Positions 37,790 through 49,875 of a stretch of 64,000 bases of DNA are shown here, piece by piece. The first letter of the stretch is position 1; each line of letters starts with the position of its first letter. Below the pieces are notes generated by a model, which had not been told where the DNA came from, did no database searches, and was given only the letters and a program-made list of their open reading frames with translations. This DNA is from Squalus acanthias (taxonomy: Eukaryota): the NCBI GenBank assembly GCA_030390025.1, contig CM059436.1:71920001-71984000 (forward strand), given 5' to 3'. Position numbers and translations under genes: made by a program.

Positions 37790-38725
37790 TCATAGAATCT
37801 TACAGCACAGAAGGAGGTCATTCAGCCCAAAGTGCCTGTGTCGGCTTTTTGAAAGACCTATTAAATTAGTCCCACTCTCCTGCTATTTCTCCATAGCACT
37901 GCAAATGTTTCCTTTTCAAGTATTTATCCGATTCCCTTTTGAACGTTGCTACTGAATCTGCTTCCACCCTTTCAGGCAATGCATTCCAGATCATAACAAC
38001 TCATTGCATAAAAAGAACTTTTCTTTAGCTCCCTCTGGCTCTTTCGCTAATTATCTTAAGTCCATGTTCTCTAGTTACTAACCCTCTTGTCATTAAGAAA
38101 CATTTTCTCCTTATTTACTCTATCAAGTCCCTCATAATTTTGAACACCTCTATTAAATCTCCCCTTAACCTTCTCTGCTCTATGAAGAACAACCCCAGCT
38201 TCTCTAGTCTCTCCAGATATTCACCAGAATATTACCAGAGCTCCAAGGGTTAGATTATGAGGAGAGATTACATAAACTAGGCTTGTATTCCCTGGAATAT
38301 AGAAGTTTAAGGGTTAATTTGATTGAGGTTTTTTAGGATTTTGAAAGGAATTGATATGGTAGATAGAGCGAAACTTTTACCACTGGTGGGGAAGTCTAGG
38401 ACAAGAGGACAAAACCTTAATATCAGAGCCAGGCCATTCAGGAGAGAAGTTAGGAAACACTTTTTCATGCAAAGGGTGGTAGAAGTGTGGAACTCTCTCC
38501 CACAAAAAGCATTGATGCTAGCTCAATTAATAATTTTAAATCTGAGCTCAATAGATTTTTGTTAGACAAGGGTATTAAGGGATATGGGGCTAAGGCAGGT
38601 AGAAAGAGTTAGGATACAGATCAGCCATGATCTCATTGAATGGTGGAACAGGCTCAGGGGGCTTAATGGCCTCCTCCTGTTCCTAAAGTCCCTCATCCCT
38701 GTACCATTCTGGTAAATCTCCTCTG
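37790..38725. mobile_element. Minus-strand CR1 fragment containing a plus-strand CR1 (about 38218-38685)
   Basis: TRGQNL..HFFMQRVVEVWNSLP on +; the host copy resumes at 'aagtccctcatccct'. Confidence 0.8.
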
Positions 38726-39817
38726 GTGTCCTACCACCTTCAAGGAGCGCAGGTACAATCAGGATTCATTTACACGTGTACTTGAGGCAGGTGCTTGTCA
38801 TATATTGGTGGCTTATCCTAGCAGATTTCCTGAGGTGTGAGATTCTTCTTGATCATGTTCCAGTTCATGTTTTTGCAGGAGCCAGCACTTAAACTTTCTG
38901 TCATCTCCTCCCATTCCTGCTGCATTACCCACTCCAAGGAAGGGGTGGGGGTGGGGAGCCATTAGACAAAAAAAAGACATGTTTCTCCACTCCCTGATTC
39001 ATTCCAGGAGGGCATCTAATGCCTGTAAACCTCACTTTCCTACTTTAAATCTGCTTCATTTCACAGGATTTTGCTCAGTTAACATCTGTGCGAGACTCCC
39101 CAGTGCTGTTTCAGCTGTTTAAATGCCTCCTAATTGCACTTCACAGCTGATAATGAGAATTATTGCTCCTTCCAGTTCATTGACTGGCTCCTGTGCAGGA
39201 GTTAAAGCCCATGTTTTAGCTCAAGAACGGCCATCAGGAACATTGTGTGTTAAGCTGCTTTCTTTGTAACTGCCAAAAAAAATCAAAAGTAACCCTTAGT
39301 TAGCCCTTCAAGAGGGCGTCAATAGCGATTCCCAGGGTGACTCACCTAAATTAACTTTTTATTCACTCAGAAGTCTTTTTTGAACTTTAATCAGAAGAGA
39401 TGAATCCTAAAAAGGAGTAAAATGCACATTGGTATTGGGGGAGGGAGGGACAAGATTGCAGGGATTGCCTGTTGCTGACCATAATGTACGAAGTGGAGGT
39501 TGGGTGGAGGGTAGGAAAGGAAGCAATAGCTGATGGGAGATTAAGGGCAAAACATGCTACTGTTATTTTTTTATGTTAACTTTATTCATTCAAAAGTTTG
39601 TTTGGACTTTAATCAAGTTGTTTCTCTCAGCCTGCCAGTGTTACACAGCAAAATATCCCCGGTGAGTTGCAAGATGCTGTTTACCAGCACTGAGTTATAC
39701 TTTTCACTTTTTATCCCTCCTCACTCTCTCAGGTGCATTGACTATTGTATCTTATATAAGAGTTTGCTACATTCATGTATAGCTTATTGCAGTGTTACTG
39801 TCCCTGCCATATTGGAG

Positions 39818-40262
39818 GCACTCTTGCCTCTGAGTCAGAAGGTTGTGAGTTCAAATCGCATTCCAGAGACTTGAGCACAAAATTCTAGGCTGACACTCCA
39901 GTGCAGTAGTGAAGGAGTGCTGCCCCGTCGAAGGTGCCGTCTTTCGGAGGAGACGTTAAACCGAGGCCCCGTCTGCTCTCTCAGGTGGATGTAAAAGATC
40001 CCATGGCATTATTTCGAAGAAGAGCAGGGGAGTTATCCCCGGTGTCCTGGCCAATATTTATCCCTCAACCAACATCACAAAAACAGATTATCTGGTTATT
40101 ATCACATTGCTGTTTATGAGAGCTTGCTGTGTACAAATTGGCTGCTGTGTTTCCTACATTACAACAGTGACTACACTTCAAAAGTACCTCATTGGCAGAA
40201 GCGCTTTGGGACGTCCTGAGGTCGTAAAAGTCGCTATATAAATGCAAGTCTTTCTTTTCTTT
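39818..40262 (+). mobile_element. SacSINE1-like SINE
   Basis: Matches the 7680 copy. Confidence 0.9.
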
Positions 40263-40477
40263 ATTAAGAGAGTGAAACATCAATCAGACTTGCAAATTTA
40301 TGGAATGAAACATTGAGCCTCTTGATTCTGAAAATAGCAAAGTCTATGGGGTCAGGACATGGCTTGGGTTCATTGGCAAAATGACTTTGGTACTTGATCC
40401 CTCTGGTGCAATGTGCTTGTGCATTGGCACACGGCGCCCCCGAGTGGTGACTCACTTGTTACATGTTTCCTACACAG

Positions 40478-40673
40478 GAACTTCCAAGATCTCTCTTGGG
40501 AGCCAATTGGAGTAGTGCAGAGTACGGGAGAGGCACTTCAAGTGAGCTGAGGATAATAAAACCAGGTCAGCCCTTGCTCGCCTCTAAACTGACCGGTTCG
40601 GCACAGGTCGATGCTCAAAAAAAAAAGCTAAAGAGCTACATGCCACTAAAGACTCTCTTAGTTACCGGGACAG
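40478..40673 (+). other. Candidate exon of an unknown gene (196 nt)
   Basis: Acceptor ttcctacacag, donor CAG|gtaagt, upstream CTCAC branch-like motif, one open frame; no recognisable protein family. Confidence 0.25.
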
Positions 40674-41179
40674 GTAAGTATAAGTGACTGAAAGACTTGG
40701 TGCGTAGTCACTTGTAGTTCTACAAACCCAGGGCGGATTTGTGCCTAGAAATGTTACCGAATAAGTGTCCTGGTTATTAGTTGTTAAATTGAGTCGAGAT
40801 GCTGAAGGAATTGAAAAAAATCAATACTGCTTACATTAAAGTCTTGTCGGAATTGCTGAAATGATTTCAATATGCTCCCTTGGAAGAAATTCATAAATCT
40901 ACAAGCTCTTTTGTAAAACCACATCCTGGACCCACAGCGCTCACCAACAAAGGAAAATATGATTTTATCTAATCTGGAGACATAACAAATTGTGATTTTG
41001 GTGAATTGAGATGCTTTTGGATATCTCCCACGTTCTTATGGCCTGTCCAATAATTAGATAATTACTAATCGCGGGAAAGATTTTCCTATAAAACGGGAGA
41101 AATGACAATCATCGGGAGCAGAACATCCAGGCTTCCCATTGTGAACCACGAACAGCCTTTATGAAGAACAAACCATGGC

Positions 41180-41592
41180 ATAAGAAACAGGAGCAGGAGT
41201 AGATCATCCGGCCCCTCGAGCCTGCTCCGTCATTCAATAAGATCGTGGCTGACCTTCTACCTCAGCTCCACTTTCCCGCCCGAGCCCCATATCCCTTGAT
41301 TCCCTTCATGTCCAAAAATCTATCAATCTCAGTCTTGAATTTACTCAACAACAGACCATCCACAGCCCTCTGGGGCAGAGAATTCCAAAGATTCACAACC
41401 CTCTGAGTGAAGAAATTTCTCCTCATCTCAGTCCTAAATGGCCGACTCCTTATCCTGAGACTGTGACCCCTGGTTCTAGACTCTCCAGCCAGGGGGAAAC
41501 AGCCTCTCGGCATATATCCTGTCAAGCCCTGTAAGAATTGTATACTTTTTCAATGGAACACCTCTCATTCTTCCAAACTCCAGAGAATATAA
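41180..41592 (-). mobile_element. CR1 LINE 3' fragment
   Basis: ORF 41262-41525 TRGHSLRI..RNFFTQRVVNLWNSLP. Confidence 0.85.
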
Positions 41593-42139
41593 GCACTACA
41601 TAACCAAAATCATTTCAAATTTCTACCGAGCTACTCGGCTGTGTGCTGCTCTGAATTCCAAATAAAAAATAAACCGAATTGTTGGAGTCTAGGTTCTCAT
41701 CACTTTAAAAGAGGCACTCATTCGTAAAGGGAAAAATAAACTTCCATCTGCACTCACAACTTCCAGGGAAAGTCGCTGTTATGTGATTTAAATTCAAAAG
41801 ACATTGGGGTAGATTTGCGCCTGTACTGTTTCAACATTGAACATCACCTGGGTGCAGTGCAGAGGGGAACTTCTGGTGAGGAGGATCACAGGCTGGTAAC
41901 AGAACCCATCTGATTTTCCTTCCATTTCAGTTATGAAGATGGAAGAGTATGGTAGCCTAGTGATTATGGTACTGAACTAAGAACCTCAAAGTCATCCCAC
42001 CGTGACAAGTTATTCAATTTAATAAATCTACTAGTTTGCGGGTTAGCACTAGATGGAAAAATAAATATGAAAGCTGCCAATTGCTTCACTAAAGTCCTTC
42101 AAGGAAGGGAGCCAGGCACCCCTACCTGATCTGGCCTTT

Positions 42140-42810
42140 GAAGGTGGCAGGACAAGTTGAGAAGGCTGTTAAAAATGCATATGAGATCCTTGGCTTTATT
42201 AATAGAGGAATAGAGTACAAAAGCAGGGAAGTTATGCTAAACCTTTATAAAACACTGGTTAGGCCTCAGCTGGAGCATTGTATTCAATTCTGAGCACCAC
42301 ACTTTAGGAAGGATGTCAAGGCCTTAGAGAGGGTGCAGAAAAGATTTACTAGAATGGTACCAGGGATGAGGGACTTCAGTTATGTGGAGAGACTGGAGAA
42401 GCTGGGATTGTTCTCAGAGCAGAGAAGGCGATTTGATAGAGGTGTTCAAAACCATGGAGGGTTTAGATAGAGTAAATAAAGAGAAACTCTTTCCAATGGC
42501 TGAAGGGTAGATAACCAAAGGGCACAGATTTAAGGTGATTGGCAAAAGAACCAGAGGCGACACAAGGAAACATTTTTTTACACAGCGAGTTGTTATGATC
42601 TGGAATGCGCTGCCTGAAAGGGTGGTGGAAGCAGGTTCAACAGTAACTTTCAAAAGAGAGTTGGATAAATAATAAAATAATAATAATAAAAATTACAGGA
42701 TATGGGGAAAGAGCAGGAGAGTGGGATTAATTGGATAGCTGTACCAAAGAGCCAGCACAGGCACGATGGGCCAAATGACCTCCTTCTGTGCTGTATCATT
42801 CTATGATTCC
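42140..42810 (+). mobile_element. CR1 LINE 3' part
   Basis: LYKTLVRPQLEHCIQF..; tail ends 'cattctatgattc'. Confidence 0.85.
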
Positions 42811-43116
42811 CTGCCAGGTACAGTATCTCCTATGGTGTTGTCTCAATAGTGGCTACCCCAGGGTTAGTCCCCCTATGCTGCTGTATAAACACTGGTTACA
42901 ATGGGCACTGGAGCCCTACGTGTAATGAGTTTGACCAGTCTCAGTCTTGTTGGTATGAATCCATAGCACAAAATGATCTTAGCTCTGCATTAAATTGACA
43001 ATTCCACTCGGACTAGCTCAAAAGCAAAATACTGCGGATGCTGGAAATCCGAAATTAAAACAGAAAATGCTGGAAATACTCAGCAGGTCCGGCAGCATCT
43101 GTGGAGAGAGAAACAG

Positions 43117-43153
43117 AGTTAACGTTTCAGGTCGATGACCTTTCGTCAGAACT
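43117..43153 (-). ncRNA. Minimal type I hammerhead ribozyme motif (best copy)
   Basis: AGUU-CUGACGA-A-AGGUC AUC GACCU-GAAA-C-GUU-AACU: stem I AGUU/AACU, 5-bp stem II, palindromic ACGU stem III. Confidence 0.75.
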
Positions 43154-43174
43154 GGGAGAAGTTAGAGATTTAGA

Positions 43175-43646
43175 GTGTCAGCCGTGTCTCAGTGGGTGAC
43201 GCACTCGCCTCTAGAGTCAGAAGGTTGTGGGTTCAAGTCCCACTTGCAGGGACTTAAGCACAATAATCTAGACTGACACTCCAGTGCAGTGCTAAGGGTG
43301 TGCTGCACTGTCAACGTGCTGTTTTTCGGATGAGACGTTAAACCGAGGCCCCGTCTGCTCTCTCAGGTGGACATAAAAGATCCCATGACACTATTTCGAA
43401 GAAGAACAGGGGAGTTCTCCCCAGTGTCCTGGCCAATATTTATCCCTCAATCAACATAACAAAAACAGATTATCTGGTCATTATCACAGTGCTGTTTGTG
43501 GCAGCTTGCTGTGTGCAAATTGGCTGCTACATTTCCCACATTGGAACAGTGACTACACTTCAAAAGTACTTAATTGACTGTAAAGCGCTTTGAGATGTCT
43601 GGTGATCATGAAAGGCACTATGTAAATGCAAGTCTTTCTTTCTTTT
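43175..43646 (+). mobile_element. Full-length SacSINE1-like SINE inside the Penelope element
   Basis: Matches the 7680 copy. Confidence 0.9.
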
Positions 43647-44233
43647 ATTTAACAGTTTATAAGCAAGTACTGAGCCAGGAAAAGGCGGGGTGGGGGCGTG
43701 CGGTGGGGGGTGGTGGCGGTGATGGGGGAGGACAAAACAAAGGGGAAGGCCTGTGATAGGGTGGAGGGCAGGAGTGAATAAATGACAAAAGGGATGATGG
43801 TTGAAGGCAAAAGGGGGGTGGTAAAGGGTCAAGAAAAGAAGCAAAAGATGGGTCTAGAGGAGGTGTAAATGGGAATAGCAGAATCAGCAGCAGCTGCTGT
43901 CCGAAAAATGGGGGCAGAGGTTATGATCTGAAATTGTTGAACTCAGTGTTGAGTCCGGACTAGCCATGGGAATAAGAAGTATTAGAAATGTTGCAATGGT
44001 ATATTAGTAGCTGCTACTCTGAGGCTGAGAGCTGAGACGCGTTCAGGCAATGTAATGGGAATGCTAGAATATATTTATAATGAAATTTGACAACTTTCTA
44101 TGTGTTTGGAATGTTTCCCTAAGCAGAGCCAACATAATAGAATTGCATTACACCGTCCCAGTGTGAGCCAACATGTCTACTGGGAAAAACAGGAGCGCAT
44201 GAGAGAGTCAAATTAAATCATTATAAATCATTT

Positions 44234-44419
44234 GGGCCTAGAAATTCGTCTCAGGTGATGGCGCAAAATGGGCGGTATCGGATCGGCCGCCATTACACGC
44301 GGCACCTGATATTCAGTTCCATTGCAGCCAATTGAATTCAATATCAAGTGCTGCGTATAACGGACAGCCGATCCAATACCGCACGTTTTGTGCCCCTGCC
44401 TGAGACAAATTTCTAGCCC
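44234..44419. mobile_element. Fold-back Harbinger-type MITE
   Basis: GGGCCTAGAAATTCGTCTCAGG / GGGCTAGAAATTTGTCTCAGG (rc); complementarity continues to the centre. Confidence 0.8.
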
Positions 44420-44961
44420 AAACTCCGACTGTAAAGAGTTTGTTTGTCATAGTTCTGACAATGTTTCTTCTGTGACTGTGTAATTTTATATCTACCCCCA
44501 AGAAGTATGTGATAGCTCAGAACTGCTCCGTTTGTTAGTAGCGATTTAAATAAAATCTATGGCAGTAGACACTCTACCTCGTGTTTCGCTGTCAATGGGG
44601 GCAATACAGCTTGCCCTAAGATTGTGCCTTGGCCTCTCATACCTCATCCCCATCCGCACCAATACCTGAGGAACTGATACTGCTGCAATTATTTCATAAC
44701 AGGACTGTGAATGGAAGAATACAAGATGAAAGTTCCAACACTTTCATCTATTTACCACGGTGGGAACAAATATTAGAAAGTAAGAAGGGAGCCTGATGAG
44801 CGATATACTTCCCCTGAGCAGCATAATGCCAGGGGCAAGAAATGCATCCTTGGCAATCGACGGGACCTAATGCTTCTCAGACTTTTCGGGAGTCATTATA
44901 CTATCACCTCCGTATCGATGCAAAATTGGTGTCTGATGTGCATTGACATGAAAGCAGTAGT

Positions 44962-45284
44962 AAAAAAAAAAGAAAGACCTGCATTTATATCGCACCTTTC
45001 ATGACCTCAGGACGTCCCAACGTGCTTACCAGCCAATGAAGTACATTTTAAAGTGTAGTCACTGTTGTAATGTAGGAAATGTGGCAGCCAATTTGCGCAC
45101 AGCAAGCTCCCACAAACAGCACTGTGATAATGACCAGATCATCTGTTTTAGTGATGTTGATTGAGGGATAGATATTGCCAGGACACTGGGGGATAAACGC
45201 CCCTGCTCTTCTTCGACATATTGCCATGGGACCTTTTACGTCCACCTGAGAGAGCAGACGGGGCCTCGGTTTAACGTCTTATCC
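44962..45284 (-). mobile_element. SacSINE1-like SINE, 5' truncated
   Basis: Reverse complement of the 7680 copy. Confidence 0.85.
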
Positions 45285-45357
45285 AATAAATGGATAACAA
45301 CGGTTTGTAAGGTGGGTTATCTGGCTTCCGAGCACAGCGAAGCTGAGAGTTGAGATT

Positions 45358-45777
45358 ATAGAAACATAGAAACATAGAATCTAGGAGCAGGAGTAGGCCA
45401 TTCGGCCCGTCGAGCCTGCTCCACCATTCAATACGATCATGGCTGATCATCCAAATCCAATACCCTGTCCCTGCTTTAATCCCCACAGTACACATATCCC
45501 ACCCTACCCCCGTAACCCCACGTATTTAATTCCCCCTAACATATCCCAATAACCCCACATATTTAATCCCCCCCTAACACTAAGGGTCAATTTGTCATAG
45601 CCAAATCAACCTAACCCGCACATCTTTGGACTGTGGGAGGAAACCGGAGCACCCGGAGGAAACCCACGCAGACACGGGGAGAATGTGCAAACTCCACAGA
45701 CAGTCACCCGAGGTCAGATTCGAACCCGGGTCCCTGGCGCTGTGAGGCACCAGTGCTAACCACTATGCCACCGTGTC
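45358..45777 (-). mobile_element. HE1/V-SINE-like SINE
   Basis: tRNA head TGGCATAGTGG..GGTTCGAATC, V-domain 'tgtgtggagtttgcacattctccccgtgtctgcgtgggtttcctccgggtgctccggtttcctccca', CR1-type tail. Confidence 0.85.
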
Positions 45778-45867
45778 GAGCACCGGAGTAATACAACTCC
45801 AACATGCTGGGACGCAACATTTGAAAGTGCCTGGGCAGTCTTTGGATCTCCTGGGAATTTATAAATG

Positions 45868-48800
45868 TCTTCTTCTTCTTCTTAGGCAGTCCCTCGGAAC
45901 CGAGGATGACTTGCTTCCACATTAAAAATGAGTTCTCAGGTGACTGATGAGTCCAATGCGGGACCTACAGTCTCTGTCACAGGTGGGGGCAGGTGGTGGT
46001 TGAAGGGGCGGGTGGGTGGGGTGCTTGGGTTGACGTGCGCTCCTTCCGCTGCTTGCGCTTGGTTTCCGCTTGCTCCCGGCGAAGAGACTCGAGGTGTTCG
46101 GCGCCTTCCCGGATGCTTCTCATCCACTTCGTGTGGTCTTGGGCCAGGGATTCCCAGGTGTCGGTGGGGATGTTGCACTTTTTCAAGGAGGCTTTGAGGG
46201 TGTCCTTGAAGCATTTCCTCTGCCCACCTGGGGCTCTCTTGCCGTGCCGGAGCTCCGAGTAGAGCGCTTGTTTTGGGAGTCTCGTATTGGGCATGCGGAC
46301 GATGTGACCCGTCCATCGGAGCTGATCGAGCGTGGTCAAAGCTTCAATGCTGGGGATGTTGGCCTGAGTGTGAACACTGATGTTGGTGCACCTATCCTGC
46401 CAATGGATTTGCAGGATCTTGCGGAGGCAGTGTTGGCGGTACCTCTCCAGTGCTTTGAGGTGCCTGCTGTACATGGTCCATGTCTCTGAGGCATACAGCA
46501 GGGCGGGTATCACTGCTGCTCTGTAGACCATGAGCTTAGTGCTGGGTTTGAGGTCCTGGTCTTCAAACGCTCTCTTCCTCAGGCGACCGAAGGCAGCACT
46601 GGCACACTGAAGGCGGTGTTTCCCTTGTTGACAGTAGGCTCCCGAGGTATGGAAAGTGGTCCACGTTGTCCAAGGCCTTGTCGTGGATTTTGATAATCGG
46701 GGGCAGTACTGTGTGGCTGGGGCAGGTTGGTAGAGGACCTTTGTCTTACGGATGTTTAGTGTAAGGCCCATGCTCTCGTACACTTCGGTGAAGGTGTTGA
46801 CGATGGTTTGGAGTTCGACCTCCGAGTGAGAGCAGACGCAAGCATCATCTCCTGGATCTCCTGGTCGTTCTCGTCAAACCAATCTTGGTGTTTCCTGGTC
46901 GAGTGACCGAGCGTCTCTTCACAGGTGCTGATTATGGAGGCCTTGAGTGCAGACCAGGCACTGTGGACACTCTGGGCTGGATTTTGATACTGGGGCGGGT
47001 TGGGGTCGTGTCATCCACTTTTCGTGTTATCCACCCGACTGCAATTGGATGTGGGAGATTGATGCGATTTTCACCTAATTGGGCAATTGAGTTCCAGCAT
47101 ATGGGAACCCATGACCCAATTAGTGTTTTCAGTCTGAAAGTCGCCTCTGATGATGTCATCATTGCTGCTGCATTGAAGGTCTGCAAAGACTGCCTGGCCT
47201 TTGCTGTGAGAGGACCTAGATGCAAAATGAGTAGCAGCCCTAAGTCTGCTCCCAGATATTTTTGCACCACCACTCCCAGATATGTCTCCCATCCACCACC
47301 ACTCCCAGATATGTCTCCCATCCACCACCACTCCCAGATACGCCAGCCAGCCAACCAGCTAACTAACTAACTAACTAACTAGCTAACTAACAAACTAACT
47401 AACTATCCAAATGTGCTCCCGCCAGGTTTCACATTCGTGGTTCAGAACAGGCGTGCTTCACGTAGAAAAAGGGTTAAAATCACAAAGGCCTTTCAAAATG
47501 GCATTATAGAGCCAATTTAGTACTTGTTAAGGTCCTTAACAGCCTATCCCGCCTCTTAGAGGTGGGACGGAGTCAGGACCAGCAGACACGATTTAATGAA
47601 AATTGCGTGGAGGCAGGATGGAGGCGGGCTTGAGGCGGGCTTGTGCCCGCCCGCCAGTTTTTGCAATTTTAACCCCCCCCACACGCCTCCAAACCCACTT
47701 CCACGGGTCAATGAAAATCCAGCCCTGTGTGTCTCTGCATCACTGAGAGTCGTTAGGTTGTTTGTGAGGCGCAGGCTGAATAGGGCTTTCTTAGCGGGGT
47801 CTTTGAGTGCTCCAGCGTTGATTTTCCTGCGGCATTGTTTCTGTTGCCCCTGCTGTTTTGGGGCTACATTGATGGAGATGACAGAACGGATTAGGCAGTG
47901 GTCTGTCCAGCAGTCGTCAGCTCCTGTCATGGCACGGGTGATGCGGACGTCCTTGCGGTCCCTCGCTCGGACGATGACGTAGTCCAGCAGATGCCAGAGC
48001 TTGGAGCGACGGTGCTGCCATGAAGCCTGGTACTTGTCTCTCTGACGGAACAAGGTGTTGGTTATGACAAGGCCATGTTCTAAGCATTTCGACAGGAGTT
48101 GGCTTTCCCTACCCCCTCTCTGTTGATCACACCTCCCCAGAGGTCTGTGTCCTTTCCAATTCTGGCGTTAAAGTCGCCAAGGAGGATCAGCTTGTCGCTC
48201 GTTGGGACTCGGGACAGGTATTGTTCGAGGCTGGAGTAGAATTCCTCTTTGGTCTCGTTTGTGGCTTCCAGTGTTGGGGCGTACGCACTGATGACTGTAG
48301 CGCACTGGTTCCGGGTTAGGGTGAGATGAAGAGTCATGAGGCGCTCGTTTATACCGCTAGGGGAGTCTCTGAGACGCCCAACTAGTTCATTTTTTATGGT
48401 GAAGCCCACCCCATGGAGGCGGCATTCTTCTTCAGTTTTGCCTTTCCAGAAGAAAGTGTACCCACCACCTTGCTCCTTGAGCTGGCCTTCCCCTGCCCGC
48501 CGGGTCTCACTTAGGGCGGTGATGTCAATGTCAAAATGTCTGAGCTCCCGGGCAACGATAGCAGTACGGCGTTCCGGTCTGTCACTATTGGAGTTGTCCA
48601 TGAGGGTCCTGACGTTCCAGGTCCCGAACTTCATTTTAAAGGGTGGAAGATGCCTGTGCGTGAGTTCTTTTAACGTGGGGTGGCTGTTGCACACCAGCCA
48701 CCACATGGGCTTGACAGAGCAAGGTCTTGGTCCAATGGCAAGGGGATCCAAGATGATTGGAGACCAGGCTCTGCTACAGCGGCCTAGCACACACACACAA

Positions 48801-49100
48801 ACATACTGCTGCTGTCCTCCTCCCTCCTTCCCGCAGGTCCTCTCTGCCTGGGTTTCGTAGGATGCAGTGTGGTCCTCCCGACCTCGCTGTTGGCCCGTGC
48901 CGCACCTTCCCTGGGCCCCGACCCCGCTGCTGGTCCACGCTGCGCCACTCCTGGGCCTTGGCCTCGCTGCTGGGCTCATCCTCGCTCCTGGGTCCCGGCC
49001 TCGGACATGAATGATGTTGTCTCTCACAGGATTAAATTAGCACTGATAGTTTCGCGATCCCTGGCCCCGAGCTCCACTCGCGATCCACTAGTCACTAGAT
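45868..49100 (-). mobile_element. RTE-clade LINE, internally deleted, with an inserted MITE
   Basis: MKFGTWNVRTL..ALSETR..GVGF..SAYAPT..LGDFNAR..WTDH (APE endonuclease); LLYASETWT..LRWTGHIVRM; (GAA)n tail; 5' boundary approximate. Confidence 0.9.
46974..47725. mobile_element. Harbinger-type MITE inside the RTE
   Basis: TIRs GGGCTGGATTTT on both ends; flanks TCT/TGT; contains a 27-bp tandem repeat and (CTAA)n. Confidence 0.8.
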
Positions 49101-49491
49101 CACTAGTCCAGTGGAGAAGCGTAGTCTTGATGGCAGAGCGGTCTGGGAATTTGGAAGCTAAGTTTAAGTGAAGAGCCAGTGCTCACTGATGAGAACAAAG
49201 AACAGGCATGGTCGGGGGATGGGCAGTGGGCTCAGGTAACTTTAACCTTGCAGCTTGAACTTGCAGTTAGGGATAAAATGCACGCACTATTAGAGCCAGG
49301 GGAACTTAAGCAGCAGAAGAGAGGAGACTGGGGGAGAAAGAGCAAAGGATGGCAACGGATGGCCAAGGATGGCAAAGGAGCTCCCTAGGGAGTTGTCAGC
49401 CCAGGAGCCATCTTGTAAAAAAAAATTAGAAATGTAACTTTTGACTCTTTACTGTCATGATAAAAGCAATGCTCCCATCCTCAATCATAAT

Positions 49492-49875
49492 TGAGACTTG
49501 AGCACAAAATCTTCACTGAGGGAGTGCTGCACTGTCAGAGGTGCCGTCTTTCAGATGTGATGTTAAAACGAGGCCCTGTCTGCCCTCTCAGGTGGACGTA
49601 AAAGATGCCACAGCACTATTCAAAGAAGATCAGGGCAGTTCTCCTCGGTGTGCTGGCCAACATTTATCCCTCAATTCTCATTAAAACAGATTATCCAGTC
49701 ATTTATCTCATTGCTAATTGCGGGACCTTGCTGTGTGCAAATTGGCTGCTGCCTGTCCTACATTACAACAGTGACCACACTTCAAAAAAGTACTTCATTG
49801 GCTGGTAAGCACTTTGGGACATCCTGAGGTCGTGAAAGGTGCGATATAAATGCAGGTCTTTCTTTTTTTTCTTTT
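49492..49875 (+). mobile_element. SacSINE1-like SINE, partial
   Basis: Matches the 7680 copy. Confidence 0.85.

Larger units (their letters stand above)
43021..43959 (-). mobile_element. Penelope-like element 3' end with an inserted SINE
   Basis: 43959-43921 encodes SGLNTEFNNFRS*, like a Penelope GIY-YIG C-terminus (PxGLN); followed by a pyrimidine-rich UTR, the hammerhead and the terminal repeat. Confidence 0.75.

Noticed and set aside
44793-44937. C/D snoRNA or hammerhead suggested by CTGATGA...CTGA
   Set aside because: No terminal stem and no stem II/GAAA arrangement
47262-47340. CRISPR-like repeat array
   Set aside because: Head-to-tail 27-bp minisatellite without spacers, inside a eukaryotic MITE
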